A stretch of 64,000 nucleotides of DNA. Source: Octopus sinensis (lineage: Eukaryota). How positions within the stretch are numbered: position 1 is the stretch's first letter; every line of letters begins with the position of its first letter. The notes beneath the pieces are model-generated. The model had not been told where the DNA came from and did not search any database. It saw only the letters and a program-made list of their open reading frames with translations. The DNA is taken from positions 12,772,001-12,836,000 of the forward strand of contig NC_043014.1 of assembly GCF_006345805.1 (NCBI RefSeq), given 5' to 3'. The position numbers and the translations under genes are program-made. This document shows, piece by piece, positions 61,330-64,000 of the stretch.

Positions 61330-62210
61330 AACAACAGAGAGATCAAACTATTGGATCAGGTTATGAAGTCATGGAGAGAGTCATAGGCATAATTGATCCA
61401 TGACTGAACAGACCTAGATGAGATGCAGTTTGATTTTGTGCCCCAAAGTGGTACCACCTATACAATCTTCCTAGTGAAGTAACTGCAGGAAAAATACCTG
61501 GTTAAGAATAAAACATTATTCCTGGCTTTTGTTGATTTTGTGAAAACGTTTGGTAGGGTACCACGATTAGTAATTTGATGCTCCCTAAGGAAACTAGTTG
61601 TAGATAAAGGGCTTGTGAGGGCTGTACAAGCTATGTATAAAGATGCAATAAGAGAGATAACAATTTTAATTATGAATTTAATTTGAAGGTGGAAGTTCAT
61701 CAAAGCTGAGTCCTCAGTTGTTCTTCCCTATTCATCATAGTCCTTCATATCTGCACAGTGGAGTTTTTAAAACAACTCTCTTACATACTGATGATCTAGT
61801 TCTTATAGCTGAACCTACAGGAGAAATAAGAGACATTCTAGGTCTGGAAGCTAAACCTAGAATCAGGAGGTCTTTAGGCACTCTAAGCAAAGATAAAGAT
61901 TTTAGTAAGCAGGAAAGAAGACAGGACCCCGGTACCTTCATGGAAATGGCCTTGCTCAACATGCATAAAAGGTGTAAGTGTAAAGTCCATATGCAATACC
62001 CAGTGTAAGCTATGGACACACAAGATATGTAGTGGAACCACAGGCAGACTAACGGGGAACATAAGATTCATATGTGATAGATGCACTGGAGCAGTTCATA
62101 CCATGAGCATGCCAGAAATTTATTCTCTTAAATGCCTGGATGGCTCACTAGAAATAGTTGATAGCTTTTGTTTCTTAGATGTAATTAGCAAGTACTACAT
62201 TGAATGAATA
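61330..62210 (+). mobile_element. Decayed RTE-clade LINE RT region with an embedded PHD-like Cys/His finger
   Basis: IKLLDQVMK...LDEMQF.FVP..GTT..IFLV..LQEKY..KNK.LFLAFVDF.K.F.RVPR; LL(H)TDDLVLIAE; WPCSTCIKGVSVKSICNTQCKLWTHKICS...FICDRCTG; LEIVDSFCFL. Confidence 0.8.
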
Positions 62211-62314
62211 AAAGCCAGTGGAGAATAGCCTTCCTGTACTGCCACTCATCACCTTTTATAAGCTATTTCTTTTACCATCCCCTATATTGATATTTACCTC
62301 TCACCACACTAAGC

Positions 62315-62500
62315 AGAGGCATGTGGCTTAGTGGCTAGGGTGTTGGACTCATGGTCATGAGATTGTGGTTTCAGTTCCCAGACCAGGCGATGCTTTGTGT
62401 TCTTCAACAAAACACTTCATTTCATGTTGCTCCAGTCCACCCAGCTGGCAAAAATGAATAATCTTGTGACAGACTAATATCCCATCCAGGGGAGAGTATA
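62315..62500 (+). mobile_element. SINE family D head (tRNA-like plus CORE/Deu-like region)
   Basis: gaggcatgtggcttagtggctagggtgttgg...ggtttcagttccc...ttgtgttcttcaacaaaacacttcatttc...cagctggcaaaaatga. Relatives at 19665-20188(-), 21255-21605(-) and 47780-47990. Confidence 0.7.
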
Positions 62501-64000
62501 TATACCAGAGAGTATAAAGAGAGTATAAACAAGGCGGCGAGCTGGCAGAATCGTTAGTGCGCCGGGCAAAATGCTTAGTGGTATTTCGTCTGTCGTTACG
62601 TTCTGAGTTCAAATTCCGCCGAGGTCAACTTTGCCTTTCATCCTTTTGGGGTCGATAAATAAAGTACCAGTTTCGCACTGGGGGCGATATAATCGACTCA
62701 ATCCCTTCGTCTGTCCCCTTTATGTTTAGCCCCTTGTGGGCAGTAAAGAAATATATATACCAGAGAATCCAGTAAACCAGACCTGTGAATCTATGACTCA
62801 GAAAGATGCATTTCCCCCACTTGTCACTCTCCTCCCTCACTCCTATGAACTTGTTCACCCATACCTGATCCCCTGTCTATATTCTCCTTTATACTCACCT
62901 TCTTGTACCTTGTGAGTAATTTCTGATACTTCATCACTGACATCTTTATCTTCTTTCTCACTACTCAGACACACACTTCTATATAATCCAAGGTAGCCAT
63001 ATATTACTTCCAAAGCAAAACACCTGTACCTGTCTGCTTATTATGCTTAAGCTTCTCAACATCTTTCATAAAACCAACTCCCTCTTTACTATAACCCCAC
63101 TCAGTTGTAGGGATTTTGTTTATTGTTCTTTGTCTTGTGAGTTACTTTGCGACCTCACTAGTGCCAGCGTCACAAAAATAGCACCCAGAACACTTTCTGT
63201 AAAGTGGTCGGTGCTAGGAAAGGAATCCTGCCATAGAAACTACGTCAAAGCAGACACTGGGGTTCACTGCTGATTGACTGCCAGTTCACCTGGATCCTTT
63301 CAAACGATTAAGTATGGAAGACAAATGTTAAACGATGATGATGATGGATGATAACAAAAATGATGATGTGTGTGTGTGTGTACCATAAGCTTCTTTTCAG
63401 TTTCTGTTTGCCTCATCTATTCACGAGGATTTGCTCCAGCTGGCCTTATTGTAGAAGGCACTTTCTCAAGGAGTCATGCCGTGGGATTAAACCCGAAATG
63501 ACGTTGAGAATTGAACTTCTTAGAGCATGGCCATGCCTATATACGTATCTATATATGTATGTATATGCATACATAGGTATGTGTGTGTGTGTGTAGCTTT
63601 TTTCTTGTCAAACCGTCCAACCCATGCCAGCATGGAAAGCGGACGTTAAATGATGATGTATGTATGTATGTGTGTATGTATGTATTCATAGGACTTGAGT
63701 TTATCCATTTGTTTATTGTTTGGAATTATGACTTGTAACTCTCTCATATATACTTCATGGGTTTTGGCAGTTTATTTGTAACAGTTCGTAGATATTTTAT
63801 ATTTGAAATTTTCCAATTTGAAGAAGTTTCCATCTATATAAAATGTTAAAAAGAAAATGCATAAGATAATCTTAAATTTGACATTTATTTATTTTCTGCT
63901 AAATTTGCTATCTGATTTTACTATTTAACAACATTTACTGATATTTACTATTTTTTTATCCCAAACCAAAACTGATAATGAAAGCTTGATAATGGTTTTT

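Overview
AT-rich, repeat-dense eukaryotic genomic DNA. The SINE and MITE families look like those of Octopus/coleoid cephalopods (recognition by eye, not a database result). There is one 100-N assembly gap at 43364-43463. Three large + strand coding exons (22210-25585, 44590-46107, 57958-58715) encode long low-complexity, probably disordered sequence with no recognisable domain, so no gene symbol is given. Splice phases suggest the first two are mutually exclusive 5' exons that each join the third. The rest is tRNA-type SINEs (four families, called A-D here), decayed LINEs (CR1/L2-like, RTE, Tx1-like), Tc1/mariner remnants, piggyBac-type and Tc1-type MITEs, microsatellites and local inverted duplications. 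The main unexplained signal is a set of about ten hammerhead-ribozyme (HHR) motifs in small non-coding elements, most lodged in (TA)n tracts, with Penelope-like (PLE) or retrozyme-like architecture. Four have intact or near-intact type I cores with palindromic stem III. An ~860-bp tandem element carries all three HHR strands with full complementarity but in a non-canonical (anti-cyclic) order. All folds were derived by manual base-pairing; nothing was computed or searched.
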